Source of the DNA: the human T2T-CHM13v2.0 reference genome, Homo sapiens | Length of the DNA stretch: 64,000 nucleotides | Assembly (NCBI RefSeq): GCF_009914755.1 | Contig: NC_060947.1 | Reading direction: 5' to 3' (one strand) | Shown: piece by piece, positions 1 to 12,380 of the stretch | Numbering within the stretch: the first letter of the stretch is position 1 | How the letters are laid out: every line of letters starts with the position of its first letter | Position numbers and translations under genes: made by a program | The notes under the pieces: generated by a model | The model's database searches: none | Seen by the model: the letters and a program-made list of their open reading frames with translations, nothing else | What the model was told of the DNA's origin: nothing

Positions 1-3000
1 ATTAAAGAAAGTTCTTCAGGCTGAAAACAAATGATCCCAGATAGTAATTCACATCTATGCAAATAATGACTAAATAAGTAAGATAAACAGAGCACTGGTA
101 AAGGTAATTATGTAATTATGAAAGAGAGTGTACATGTATTTTTTCCTATCTTCTCTTAACTGATTTAAAAAGCAATTGTATAAAGCAATATGTAAATAAT
201 GTATGTCATACATGTAGTATATAGAAATGTAATCTATTTTTCCAATAATACCACAAAAGGGGATGGGTGGGAGAAAAGCCATATTGGGTTAAGGAAGTGA
301 CTCCAGATGATAGCTGAAATCCACAGAAACAAATGAAGAGAGCCATAAATGAGAAATAAGAAGGTTCATATAACAAAAGCTATAAGTATATGTTTGCTCT
401 TTTTCTCTCAGCTTCTTTCCAATACATAAAATATATAAAATAATAATTATGTCAATGTATTGCTGGGTTTGTAGAATTTATAGATTTAATATATAATAAT
501 AAGACCATAAAAATGGGGAAATAAATAGAACTATATAGAAATAATGTCTCTGTATCTCAATGGAATTCAGTTTCTGATAAGTTAACATATGATAAGCCCT
601 AAAGAAATGACTAAGGAAATAACTCAAGAAAATATAGTGAAAAAATAAAGAAAATTCTACAGTAGAAAATATTCATTTAATGCAAAAGGAAGCAGTAAAG
701 CAGTAATATAGGAACAAAAAGGACATGTAAGCTATAAAAAACAAAAAGTAAAATGGCAGAGGTAAATCTAACTATATTAGTAATAGCATCAAATGCAAAT
801 GGATTAAACAGTCCAAATAAAAGGCAGTTTGTCAGGCTGAATTAAAAAACAAGATCCAACGTGTGTTGTCTATAGAAAACATACTTTAGATTCAAAGACA
901 AAAATTGATTGTAAGTAAAACAATGGCAAAACATAATCGTGCAAATAACCACAAGAAAGCTGGAGTGGCTATATTAATGTCATAGAAAACATATATTAAA
1001 ATAAAAAATGCTACTAGAGATAAAGAGGGACATTTTCAAATGATAAAAGGGTCAACCCACTGGGAAGATATAACGATAATGATCATCTATACAACAGAGC
1101 ACCAAAACATATGAAGCAATAAATAGACAATTTAACAATAATAGAGACTGAATACCACACTTCCAGTAATGGAGAGAAGTAGGTAGAACATAAACAATAA
1201 AGAGGATATTTGAACACCACAAACCAACTAGACCTATTAGGCTTGCATACAACACTCTACCCAACAAAGTAGGATGTTTATTTTTCTCAAGTGCACACAC
1301 AACATTCTGAATAGACCATGTGCTAGGCCATAAAATAAACCTCATTAAATTTAAAAGGATAGAAAAAATGTCCACTGTTTTTTCTTTCCACAATGGAGTG
1401 AAACTACAAACAAATAACAGAAAGAAATGTAGGAAACCCACAAATCTGTGGAAAGTAAACGACACACTCCTAAAAAACAATGGGTGGAAGAAGAAATCAA
1501 AATGAAAATTAGAAAATAATTAAGGATGAATGAAAATATAAACATCACATACCTAAACTTATGAGATGCAGCTAAAGCAGTGGTTAGAGGGAAATGTATA
1601 GATGTAAACACAGATGTATATTTAAAAGGAAAGAGGATCTCAAATCAATAAATTAACCTTCCACCTAAGAGACTGAAAAAAGAAGGGCAAACTAAACTCA
1701 AAGCTAGCAGAAGAAAGGAAATAATACAGACCGGAGCAGAAATTAATAAAATAGTGAATTCAAAAAAATAGAGAAAATTAAAGGAACTAAAAGCTTGTTC
1801 TTGGAAAAGATGACAAATTTGACAAACTTTTAGCTAGATAATAAAAAAGAGAGAATTCATATTGCTGGAATCAGTAATGAAAAGGGAATATTACTACTGC
1901 CATTGCAGAAATAAAAATTATCATAAGGAAAGGCCATGAACAATTTTATTCCAATAAATTAGATAACTTAGATAAAATGGACAAATTACTAGAAAGGCAT
2001 AAACTACTGAAACTGACTCAAGAAGAAATAGATAATCTGAATAGACTTCTTCTAAGAAATAAATAGATTGAATTAGTAATCAAAAAACTACCTACCAAGA
2101 AAAGCCCAGGCCCAAATGGCTTCATTGGTGAATGCTACCAAATATTTAGAGAACAATTAATACTAATTCTTCACAAACTCTTACAAAATAATGGAAAAGG
2201 AGGGCTAACTTCCTAAATCATCCTATGATGCCAGCATTGCCCAGATACCAAAGCCAGATAAAGACATCACAAGAAAGGAAAACTACAGACCATATATCTT
2301 AAGAATATGGGTACAAAAACCTTCAAGAAAATAATAGGAACTTGAATCCAGCAACATATAAAAAGAATTGTACACCATGACCAAGTGGGATTTATCCTAG
2401 CAAGGCCAAGTTGGTTTAACACCCCAAAATTAATTAATGTAATACACTACATCAATAGAAAAAACATATAATAGTCTCAATTGATTTAGAAAAATAATTT
2501 GACAAAATCCAAAACCATTTCAAGATAAAAAATATTCAACAAGCTAGAAATAGAAAGGAACTTCCTCAACTTGATAAAGGGTATCTATGAAAAACCTACA
2601 GCCAACATCATACTTAATAGTGAAAGACTGAATGTTTTTCCCCTAAGATGAGGAACAAAACAGGATGTCTGCTCTAACCACTTCTACTCAATATTGTACT
2701 ATGGGTTCTACCCAGGGTAGTTAAGCAAAGATACAAGTAAAAGCCATCTAGTTTAGAAAGGAAGAAGTAAAATTAACTCTATTCATGAATAACATTATCT
2801 TATATATAGAATATCCTAAAGAATCCACTAAAAGTCTATTAGAACTAGTAAATGAGTTCAGCAAGGTTTATGGGATACAAGATCAATATATAAAAATCAA
2901 TTGTCTGAGTTACGAGCATAAATGTAAACAAAGAAAAAATGTTAAAAACAAAAATATCAATTGTCTTTCTATACACTTCCAATGAACAACCTGAAAAGGA

Positions 3001-3796
3001 AATTAAGAAAAATAATTATAATGCAACCTAAAATAATAAAATATTTAGGAATAAATATCACAAAAGAAGGGCAAAGACTATACTCTGAAAACTACAACAT
3101 ATTGTTGCAAAAGTAAACATTTAAATAAATGGAAAAACATATCATTTTCATGGATTAGAAGATTTAATATTGTCAGATTGGCAATATTCCCCAAATTTAC
3201 CTACAGATTTAACATAATCCATCCTTATCAGAATCCCAGTTTATTTCTTTTTTAGAAATTCACAAGTGGAACGTAAAATTCATATGAAATTTCAAGGGAC
3301 TCAGACTAATTAAAAAAATATTAAAAAACAAAATTGAATAACTTACATTTCCTTATTTAAAATGTATTACAAAGCAACAGTAATCAAGACATTGGAACTG
3401 GTATAAACATAGACAAATGGATTAGGGGAATCAAATTGAGAGTCCAGAAATAAACCCATACATCTATAGTCAAATGATTTTTGACCATTCAATGGGGAAG
3501 GAAGAGCACTATCAAACAAATTGTGCTGGTATAACTGCATAGCCACATGCAAAAGAAAGAAATTGGACCCTTACCTTAGACTATATAAAAAAATTAACTC
3601 AAAATGAATCAAAGAACTAAATGAAAAAGTTAAAACCATAAAACTTTTGGAAAAAACATAGGAAAAAAATCTTCATGACCTCTTTTTGGGCAATCGATTC
3701 TTATATGTGAAAAAACACAGGCATCAAATGAAAAGAATAGATAAATCGGACTTTATTTTTATCAAAATAAAAACTTTTGTGTTTCAAAGGACACTA
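1..3796 (+). mobile_element. Old degenerate LINE-1 (L1M-type), inter-ORF/ORF2 region
   Basis: A-rich + strand; interrupted ORF2-like peptides (MLGHKINLIKFKRIE, ILYIEYPKESTKSLLELVNEFSKV) with many stops and frameshifts. Confidence 0.9.
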
Positions 3797-4460
3797 TTTT
3801 TTTTTTTTAAAGAAGGAAGGGCTTTATTCAGCCAGGAGCTTCGGCAAGACTCACGTCTCCAACAACTGAGCTCCCCGAGTGAGAAATTCCTGTCCCTTTT
3901 AAGGGCTCATGACTCTAAGGGGGTCCACATGAGAGGGTCGTGATTGACTGACCAAGCACGGGGTATGTGACTTGGGGCTGCATGTACCGGTAATTAGAAC
4001 AGAACAGAACAGGACAGGGATTTTCACAGTGCTTTTCTATGCAATGTCTGTAATCTTTAGATAACATAACCGATTAGGTCAGGGGTCGATCTTTAACTAC
4101 CAGGCCCAGGGTGTGGCACCGGGCTGTCTGCTTGTGGATTTCATTTCTGCCTTTTAGTTTTTACTTCTTCTTTCTTTGGAGGCAGAAATTGGGCATAAGA
4201 CAATATGAGGGGTGGTCTCCTCCCTTATTCCCCCGCTTTGAGAACCTCATTCAATAGTGGAAGTTCTCACTTTTATTCTCACTACCCATGTCTTCTTGCA
4301 AGACAGATCAATAGTGATTCATATAGTACACTTGTGCTGAAGCATTTTGGTGAACTAAGGTAGTGATGAAGCTTTTTATCATTTGAAGAAGTACAGGTAG
4401 CAAACAAGGGAGCAGTAAGCAGGTTTCTATTACTATTATAACTCATAAGAGTTTTAAATC
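3797..4460 (-). mobile_element. HERV-E/Harlequin 3' fragment: internal sequence + PPT + LTR2 U3-R ending in poly(A), no U5
   Basis: Minus strand reads AAAGCGGGGGAA (PPT) then TAAGGGAGGAGACCACCCCTCATATTGTC (LTR2 start at 4227); AATAAA (3823-3828) is followed by a T12 tract at 3797-3808. Confidence 0.8.
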
Positions 4461-4574
4461 TTTTTTTATTATTATACTTTAAGTTCTAGGGTACATGTGC
4501 ACAACATGCAGGTTTGTTACATATGTATACATGCGCCATGTTGGTGTGCTGCACCCATTAACTCATCATTTACA
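4461..4574 (-). mobile_element. L1PA 3'-end fragment (~115 bp)
   Basis: ttattattatactttaagttctagggtacatgtgcacaac is the reverse complement of a primate L1 3' terminus. Confidence 0.9.
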
Positions 4575-4804
4575 CTCTCATTTTTTGCACTCAGGTTCAG
4601 CATACTTACTAGCTTTCATTTAAAACATGCCAAATACTTTACTAGTCTGGGGATTTGTCCATGGAATGTTATTTATCTTACCACTTCTCTGACTCATTCC
4701 TTATTCTTGTGACAGTTCTAAGGTTCAGTGTCATTTCAACATTCCTCCATAACCCTATGTAAATTACATCCTTAAAATAACATTTAAAATAACATTTTAA
4801 ATGT

Positions 4805-4998
4805 GAATAAGTGATTATCAATTGAGAATAATTTTGTCCTCTGGCTACTTTTTGACATCACAACTGGAAGATGCTACTATCTAGTGGATAGGGGCCAAGG
4901 TACTGCTGTCCTTTTTTACCAGGAACAGCCTTTATGCCACAAAACAAAGAATTATTCAGTCCAAAATGTCAATAGTGCTAAAGTTTATAAACTCTGCT
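4805..4998. mobile_element. MER20-like hAT-Charlie DNA transposon relic
   Basis: Ends in ccaaaatgtcaatagtgctaaagtttataaactctg, resembling the MER20 terminus. Confidence 0.55.
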
Positions 4999-5562
4999 TT
5001 TGATCATGCACAATAAATTTGAAATACATATTTGTTTGGGTGTTTGTTTTAACATCTGTCTTTCCTACTAGACTGGATGTTTCATAAGGATGAGATAGAT
5101 AATGCCTAGTTTGCTTAACATTGAATATCCAGCATCAACCTCAGTGTCTGATGCCAGGTAGCTACATGAAAGGATGAAACAGCAGGCATGAGGTAAGAAG
5201 AAAAGGAAAGGCTTTATTAGGAGGGTATACAAACATTTCTGGGTATAGAAGATGCTGTCAGTGCCCTGTCCATACTCCAACAGCTCATACCATTTAAGTA
5301 GATATTTGCCTGACTTTCAAATGTCAGAACCCTTATTTCTTTGTGTGAGACCTTTCATTAGGTCATCAGAGCCCACTGTGCTCAATAATATGACAGTCCA
5401 GAACAGTGGGACATCATCTGCCCCTGGAAGATGTGTTTACTACAGCGTTCTCTAAAGTTTTACAGTGACATTAGCTGCTTGATAACGAATACTTTGTTTG
5501 CTTCCTTTCCTTCTCTGTCTCAATTCCTCTCTTCCCTGCCAGAGTTTCCTGGGAATAACTCC

Positions 5563-7250
5563 TGTGATAGGCCGAGTAATGGTCCCCAAAGATACTTAGA
5601 TCCTAACCCCTTGCACTTATGAATGTTGCCTTATATGGAAAAAGAGAATTCACAAAGATGATTGTGGAAGATGGGAGATTATTCTGTATTATCTGATAGA
5701 ACCTAAGGTCAATCACACAAGTTCATAAAAGAGTGAGGCAGAGGCGAATTTGACACAGAAGAAGGAAATGTGACTACTGAAGAAAAATGCTATGCTGCTG
5801 GCTGTAAATAGGAAGGAAGGGGCCCATGAGATAAGGAATGCAGCTCTAGGAGCTGGGAAAGTCAAGGAAACAGACCCTCCTCTAGAGTCCCCAGAGGGAG
5901 TATGGCAATGTTGACACCTTATTTTCAGCCTAGTGAAACTGATTTTGAACTTCTGACCTCCAGGTTTGTAAGATACTAAATGCGTGTATTTTAAAGCTAC
6001 CAAATTTATGGCAATTCATTAGAGCAGCCATAGGGATCTATCACAATGTTTGGTCCCTGGAAGTGGGTTGCTGCTATAAGAAATATCTAAAAATGTGGAA
6101 GTGGCTTTGCAACTGGATAATAGCTATAGACTGGAATAATTTTCAGGAGCATTATATAACAACCTTAGATTATGTTGAACAGATCATTAATAGAAATATG
6201 AATGTTCAAAGTGTTCCTGGTGAGAGCTCAGACATGAGGAACACAGTAGAGAAAGTCTATATTGTCTTAGAGAACACCTAAATTATCATAAACAAACTAT
6301 TGATAGAAATAAAATGTCAAAGGTGTTGCTGGTGAATGCTTAGAAAGAAATTAGTAACATAATATCAGAAAAGGGAGTTTGTGTTATATAGCATCAGAAA
6401 TCCTACCTGAATTGTGCTCTACAATTATGTGGAAAGCAGGACTTGTAAGCAATGAACTTGAATATTTAGCTGAGCAGATTTTCATGCAAAGGATTAAAGG
6501 AATGGCCTGTTTTTTATTGCTGTTTATAGTAAAATGCCAGAGGAAAGACATAAATTGAGGGAAGAACTGTTAAGCAAAAAGAAACCAGAATTCAATGATA
6601 TGAGAAATTTTCAGCCTATCCAGATTGCAAAAGACACCAAAATTAGGAAATTCATTGCCACAAAATCATCCTCCAGAGATAAAATCAAGGGCGTGGCTAG
6701 ACATCCTTTTGTTAGTGCCTTTAAGGGATCAAAAGATCAAAGTATTCAATCACATAGATGGTGTTTTGAAGAGATATGGGGTGTGCTTCTCAGAATAAGC
6801 AAGGAATAGAGATGGGATTTTCTATGAGGGATCTTGAAGAAGCCTCTTGTCTAATGGCATGAATCCCCATGACATACATAAAAGGCCTGTAAGTTTTTGA
6901 CAATGTTATATCAGCAGAAACAATGCCAGCTTAGACTGAAAGGGACAAATAGAGGAAGAAATGAAAGAAGTCTACAGGACTCTCAAAATTTGACAGGAGG
7001 AAGCAGGCTGATAAAACTACTCAGCTGTAAACATATGCTACCATTCAAAATAAAGGAACAATGACTGAGGGCAGAACCTAGAGGCCAGAGGGCAGATTTA
7101 TGACCCCAGGTGAAGTCATAGGATCAGAGTCATCAAAGGGAGGAGTCTCAAGCCTTAGAATATTCTCAGGCCTTGAAACCTAATGGTTGGATTTTGAAAA
7201 TGCTTGGATTTGAGACTCCTTTTTCTTTCCACTTTTTCCCTTGTGGAATG
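5563..7250 (+). mobile_element. MaLR MLT1-type LTR (~5563-6045) followed by MLT-internal sequence
   Basis: tgtgatagg...aatggtccccaaagat start; LTR-typical ttctgacctccag...aagatactaaatg; then a MaLR internal-type stretch (aaaatgtggaagtggctttgcaactgg). Confidence 0.7.
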
Positions 7251-7306
7251 GCAAAGTTATTGGCTGTAAATGAACCAAAGTCAAAGGGAAAACACAGAAT
7301 TAGTAG

Positions 7307-7761
<455 letters not shown>

Positions 7762-8189
7762 GAGCATCTTATTATTAATTGAAAAATGACTAAAATATAT
7801 TTTTCAAATGGGGTAAAATCATGACACTCATACAGATATGAAATGAACACATGCTAAAAGAAAAAGATGTTATGACTGCTTCAAAAGGGAAACCAAAGAG
7901 TTGATATGGGAATATTCATCAGTAATATTAAATGATTGTGTAAATGGAGGCAAAACTGGTTTCATAAGGTGAAGAACAACCGAACCTCTACTAAAGAATA
8001 TGCTGTACATGTATCAGCAGCCTACAACTAACAAAAGGCTATAAAAGACTTCACAGATAATGTAAGGCTGGAATCAGATAACCTGCAGTGGTGTCCTAAA
8101 GACAGAGCAAAGTTTTCCACTGAAGCACACATTTATTTTTATAATGTCAAAATCAGGTAGAGAGTTATAGTTCCCTCAAAATCAAGGTT

Positions 8190-8345
8190 CAGTCATTAGC
8201 GTGACTAGATCAGTGTCATAGACATTTCTAGGCTGAGGTCTGATAAGGGACCAGTGGACACCAATGAAATCACAAAGTCTAGGGATGTCACAAAGGCAGC
8301 TAGCTCCCTGACCAATAAGGGCCTGGAGCAGAGGGATACAATAGG
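8190..8345 (+). promoter_or_regulatory. H2AP proximal promoter (two CCAAT boxes, ACAAAG motifs, degenerate X-box)
   Basis: CCAAT at 8261 and 8312; alignable to the H2AL3 upstream region at 11700-11845. Confidence 0.6.
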
Positions 8346-8408
8346 CAGGACTAAGCACTAGTGTCCTCAGAGACCTACTTGAGCTAGAGAATCAAGCAGA
8401 GCTGATGA

Positions 8409-8783
<375 letters not shown>

Positions 8784-8882
8784 AGACTGGGTCCCAGAGC
8801 CTTGAAGGGAACCTCACAGGCTTAGCCAGGGCAAAAATGTGTCACAGCTGAGGAATATCTGCTGTTGTCATCAACAAGTGCT

Positions 8883-8888
8883 ATTAAA
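8883..8888 (+). terminator. Poly(A) signal ATTAAA of H2AP
   Basis: 100 nt after the stop, followed by a GT/T-rich downstream element; same position in the paralog (12476-12481). Confidence 0.75.
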
Positions 8889-8969
8889 GGATGTAAATCC
8901 ATGAGTATGTTTCTGACTCCTCTCAGTTTCTGTCGCTTTGGGTTGTAGGTGTCTGTAAGACATCCAGGG

Positions 8970-9362
8970 GAAGCTATCCCCAGAGAGCTGAAGGCGGGGA
9001 AGGGGTGGCCAGTGTGGTGTTTGAATCAGTGATTTAGAGGGGGCAGTTTCCAATGGTGACAGTGAGGGCGCCGGCCCTGTGGGGAGGAACTGGCTGGGAT
9101 AAAGACACCGAGACTTCCTCATTGTCTCTGAACAGGAAGGCCTTGTGAGGCCAGGGAGTTGGCTGGGGGCCTCTGAGGCTTGTTGAATTCCCAGCCTGAT
9201 GCTGGGGCCTGAGGTGGAGCTGCAGACTCTGACTGAGGTGCAGGAGGCTTTATTCAGGATAGCAAAGGTCTGAAGTCAGAGGGCGGTGGCCACAGGGGTG
9301 GGTGGAGAGGGGCACACTGGCTGGCATGAAGTTCATGGGACAGGGGCTTTACATGGAGATTG
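8970..9362 (+). repeat. Copy 1 of ~400-bp near-identical direct repeat (copy 2 at 12563-12958)
   Basis: Direct by-eye alignment, about 16 differences. Confidence 0.95.
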
Positions 9363-9959
9363 AAGAGTGAAGGAGAAACCATCATGAAAAATGCAAAAAA
9401 GAAATGATGGCCTGCTGGATTTCATTTCTTATTTCTTTATGCCCTGCCTTATTATGAAAGCGGATTTGAGACAGGGATTATTAGCTAGTGCTGTGAATAT
9501 ATCTTTTTGTCCTCTCTTCAGGACACTGGTAAAATAAATCAAAAGAATATATAAAATTTATGATCTGGCCTAAGATGGGCAATTCAAGAAGTTCTTAATG
9601 GTTGTTAATTATTAATGAATCAGCTTAATTATAAATGTATTTCATTTAAAACACGATTAACAATTTCATTTTTAAATTGAATACTTATTCATTATAATTA
9701 CCATATATTGCATAGAGCACCAAAGGATTATTAGTGACTCAATCCATGTTTTAAGAGGTATAGAAATAATTCTGTCCCAAGTGGCGGCCTCTAAAGCACA
9801 TGCAATCCTTTTCAAAACTTCCTGCTCTGTGCTAAGTTTAAAAGAGGTGTCACATCAAGTGTTGTAGCAATCTGTCCCCTTGCCTGTGAGTGCCCACATT
9901 TTAGGTTTCCACCTCTTCCTTGGGTCCTTGGGAGCCACAGTCTGCTGCCTGCTGGCCTT

Positions 9960-10190
9960 TCACAGAGGGTTGGTCAGAGGCTGCACAGCCGGCTCCAACA
10001 ATGGGAGCTGCGGGCCTGGGTTTCAGATCCCAGTTCACCACTTCCTGGACATGTGATATTAGACCTTCAATTACTCCCTCTGAGCAGTCCTCCTCATGTG
10101 TAAAATGGGGGTAGTAAAAGTCTCTCCATCTGTGGGTTTTCCCAAGATTGAGTCCACTTGTGCCTGTAAACTGCTGTTCCACACAGTGCA
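9960..10190 (+). mobile_element. MIR fragment
   Basis: ctgggtttcagatcccagttcaccactt...ctcatgtgtaaaatgggg MIR core. Confidence 0.6.
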
Positions 10191-11440
10191 TGCACAGGGT
10201 CCCCCTTAATAAACAGTTGCATCTCCTTCCTTCCCTAACAGCAGACCTGTAGGCAGGCTTCCCCAAGGTGCAGTGGTCCTGGTTCTCAGGTGACCACTGG
10301 GGACTTAGGCCACTGGCTGTGAGAACCACATCCTGCTGAGCCCTGTGGAGAGACAGGAGGAATTTGGGAATATTTAATTTATGTAAGCAAAAGAGACTTT
10401 ATAATCGAACACGTCAATACCATCCAGAGGTAGGAAAACTTTACATAATCACACAATCAGAGGTGGAGCTATTTCAGAATTACAAGCACATAGACATATA
10501 GGCACAGAGAGATAGAGCTTATAGCTTCAGTTCTACAATTTCAACCGTGAGTCAAGTGTAAATAGAAACAGTAAAGTTCTCTGATCCAAATATAAAAAAA
10601 AAAACTGTTCTCCTCTAAGAGAGTATAAAATTCTTAATTGATTTGAGCTATAAATAGACAAATGGACAAAAGACTGTCAAACCAGATTTTCTGTTGTCTT
10701 TTACACAACAGAGACTGTATTTCTATGAATCATTAACTCATTTACACAGCTCTCCAGATGGTTGGATCCTAAAACTGAATTCCCAACCATTTGGTCAACA
10801 ATGAAAATAACTTACCTAATGTCAATGAACAACAACAACAACAACAAAATACAGAATTAGTAGAGAAAAATATTGAAATAAAAATTAAATGTTGAAACTA
10901 AAATTAGAAAAACACAATGAACAAAGACTTATTTGGGCTTTGGAGTCACCTAGATGAGGCAAGCAAAGACATTCCTGGGTTTAACCAAGCATGAAGCACA
11001 CATCTCTGTCACCAAGTTTGCCTAGCTCTGATAGATGAATCCACTGGGTATAACATTGTGACCTTTAAAAACAGGTAAAAGGTATTTTCTAACAGAGTAA
11101 AATCATAACACTCAAACACCTATGATATGGAAATGCGTTGAAACAATCGATTAACTCGTGAGGAAATTGGCGGATATTATAAGCCATTCAAAAGGGAATT
11201 CAAAGAATAAACATAGGAACATTGATCATGAATGTTTAAGTAAATGTATACATGGAGGCAAAATTGGGAGCAAGGCAGTGAACATGTCTGTAAGTGACTT
11301 ACAGCTTCTAGAGGGAATGTAAATTAGCTCACAGACAATGCAAGGCTAAACTTAAAGAACCTGGAGTGGTGTCCTAAAGACAGGACAATACTTTCATTGA
11401 CACAATTTTTTGCTAAAATGTTAAATAGAAAATGAGCTTT

Positions 11441-11726
11441 TCCTTAAAAATAAGTTCCAGCTACTAGGGCAACCAGGTTCCTCTCAAAAAGAAGTTCCAG
11501 TTACTGGGGTGACCAGGTTCCTCTCAAAAAGAAGTTCCAGTTACTAGGGCAACCAGGTTCCTCTCAAAAAGAAGTTCCAGTTGCTAGGGTGACCAGGTTC
11601 CTCTCAAAAAGAAGCTCCAGTTACTAGGGTGACCAGGTTCCTTTCAAAAAGAAGCTCCGGTTACTGGGGCAACCAGGTCCCTCTCAAAAGGAAGTTCCAG
11701 TTGCTAGGGTGATCAGGTTCCTCTCA
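11441..11726 (+). repeat. 40-bp minisatellite, ~7 copies, in the H2AL3 promoter
   Basis: Unit ctctcaaaaagaagttccagttactagggcaaccaggttc repeats with an exact 40-bp period. Confidence 0.97.
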
Positions 11727-11729
11727 TGG

Positions 11730-11850
11730 GCTTTTCTAGGCTGAGGCCTGATCAGAGCCCAGTGGACACCAATGACATCAAAAAGTGGAGGTTGTCACAA
11801 AGGCAACTCCCTGACCAATGAGGGGCTGGAGCATAGGGATACAGTGGGTG
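11730..11850 (+). promoter_or_regulatory. H2AL3 proximal promoter: CCAAT (11769), CRE-like TGACATCA (11773), ACAAAG, CCAAT (11815)
   Basis: Motifs seen directly; homologous to the H2AP promoter. Confidence 0.6.
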
Positions 11851-11933
11851 GCAATAAGCACTGGTACCTTGAGAGGCTCAGGCCAGCAGGAAAATCAAGC
11901 TGTGCCAATTGGGGCAAAACCCAGCAATTCCTC

Positions 11934-12380
11934 ATGGCTGGAAACAAAATGTTCTGTAGGCCTAGGAGACAACGCCTTTCCCATTCCAGAAGAGCAGAGC
12001 TGCAGTTTCCTGTCAGCCACTTGGAACGCTGCCTGCGAGAAAGTCAGCATGCCCGGCACCTGAGCTCAACCACACCTGTTTTCCTGGCTGGTGTTCTAGA
12101 GTATCTGACAGCCAACATCCTGGAAAAGGTGGGCAAGGAGGTCAAGAACAGCTGCAGGCTGTGCATCACCCCAGAACACGTGAAGAGGGCACTGCAAAAG
12201 GATGAGCAGCTCAGATGGATCTTGGAGTTGGAAGATGACACCCACTCTCAAGTAGAAGAAATGCCCCAATCTGAGGAGGAAGAGGAGGAGGAGGAGGAGA
12301 AGGAGGAGGAGATGGTGGTGCTGGTGGTGATGGGGGGAAGGAGGAGGAGGAGGAGAAGAAGGAGGAGGAAGGATTCCTGA
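11934..12380 (+). CDS. H2AL3: Short histone H2A variant H2A.L3, 148 aa from ATG 11934, intronless (expression status uncertain)
   Basis: Clear H2A fold SRRAELQFPVSHLERCLR...PVFLAGVLEYLTANILE...ITPEHV...KDEQL; ATG 11934 is at the position matching the H2AP ATG. Confidence 0.88.
   Translation: MAGNKMFCRPRRQRLSHSRRAELQFPVSHLERCLRESQHARHLSSTTPVFLAGVLEYLTANILEKVGKEVKNSCRLCITPEHVKRALQKDEQLRWILELEDDTHSQVEEMPQSEEEEEEEEEKEEEMVVLVVMGGRRRRRRRRRRKDS
12273..12371 (+). repeat. (GAG)n/(GTG)n/(AGG)n coding microsatellite
   Basis: Encodes E9KE3-MVVLVVMGG-R10K. Confidence 0.95.

Noticed and set aside
8784-8960. Replication-dependent histone 3' stem-loop
   Set aside because: No GGCYCTTTTCAGRGCC motif after either H2A variant; both have ATTAAA signals
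11441-11726. CRISPR-like appearance of the regular repeat
   Set aside because: Head-to-tail 40-bp units with no unique spacers in mammalian DNA, so a minisatellite
11772-11933. 54-aa N-terminal extension of the 202-aa ORF
   Set aside because: This ATG overlaps the CCAAT/CRE promoter motif and lies upstream of the probable TSS; ATG 11934 aligns with the H2AP start
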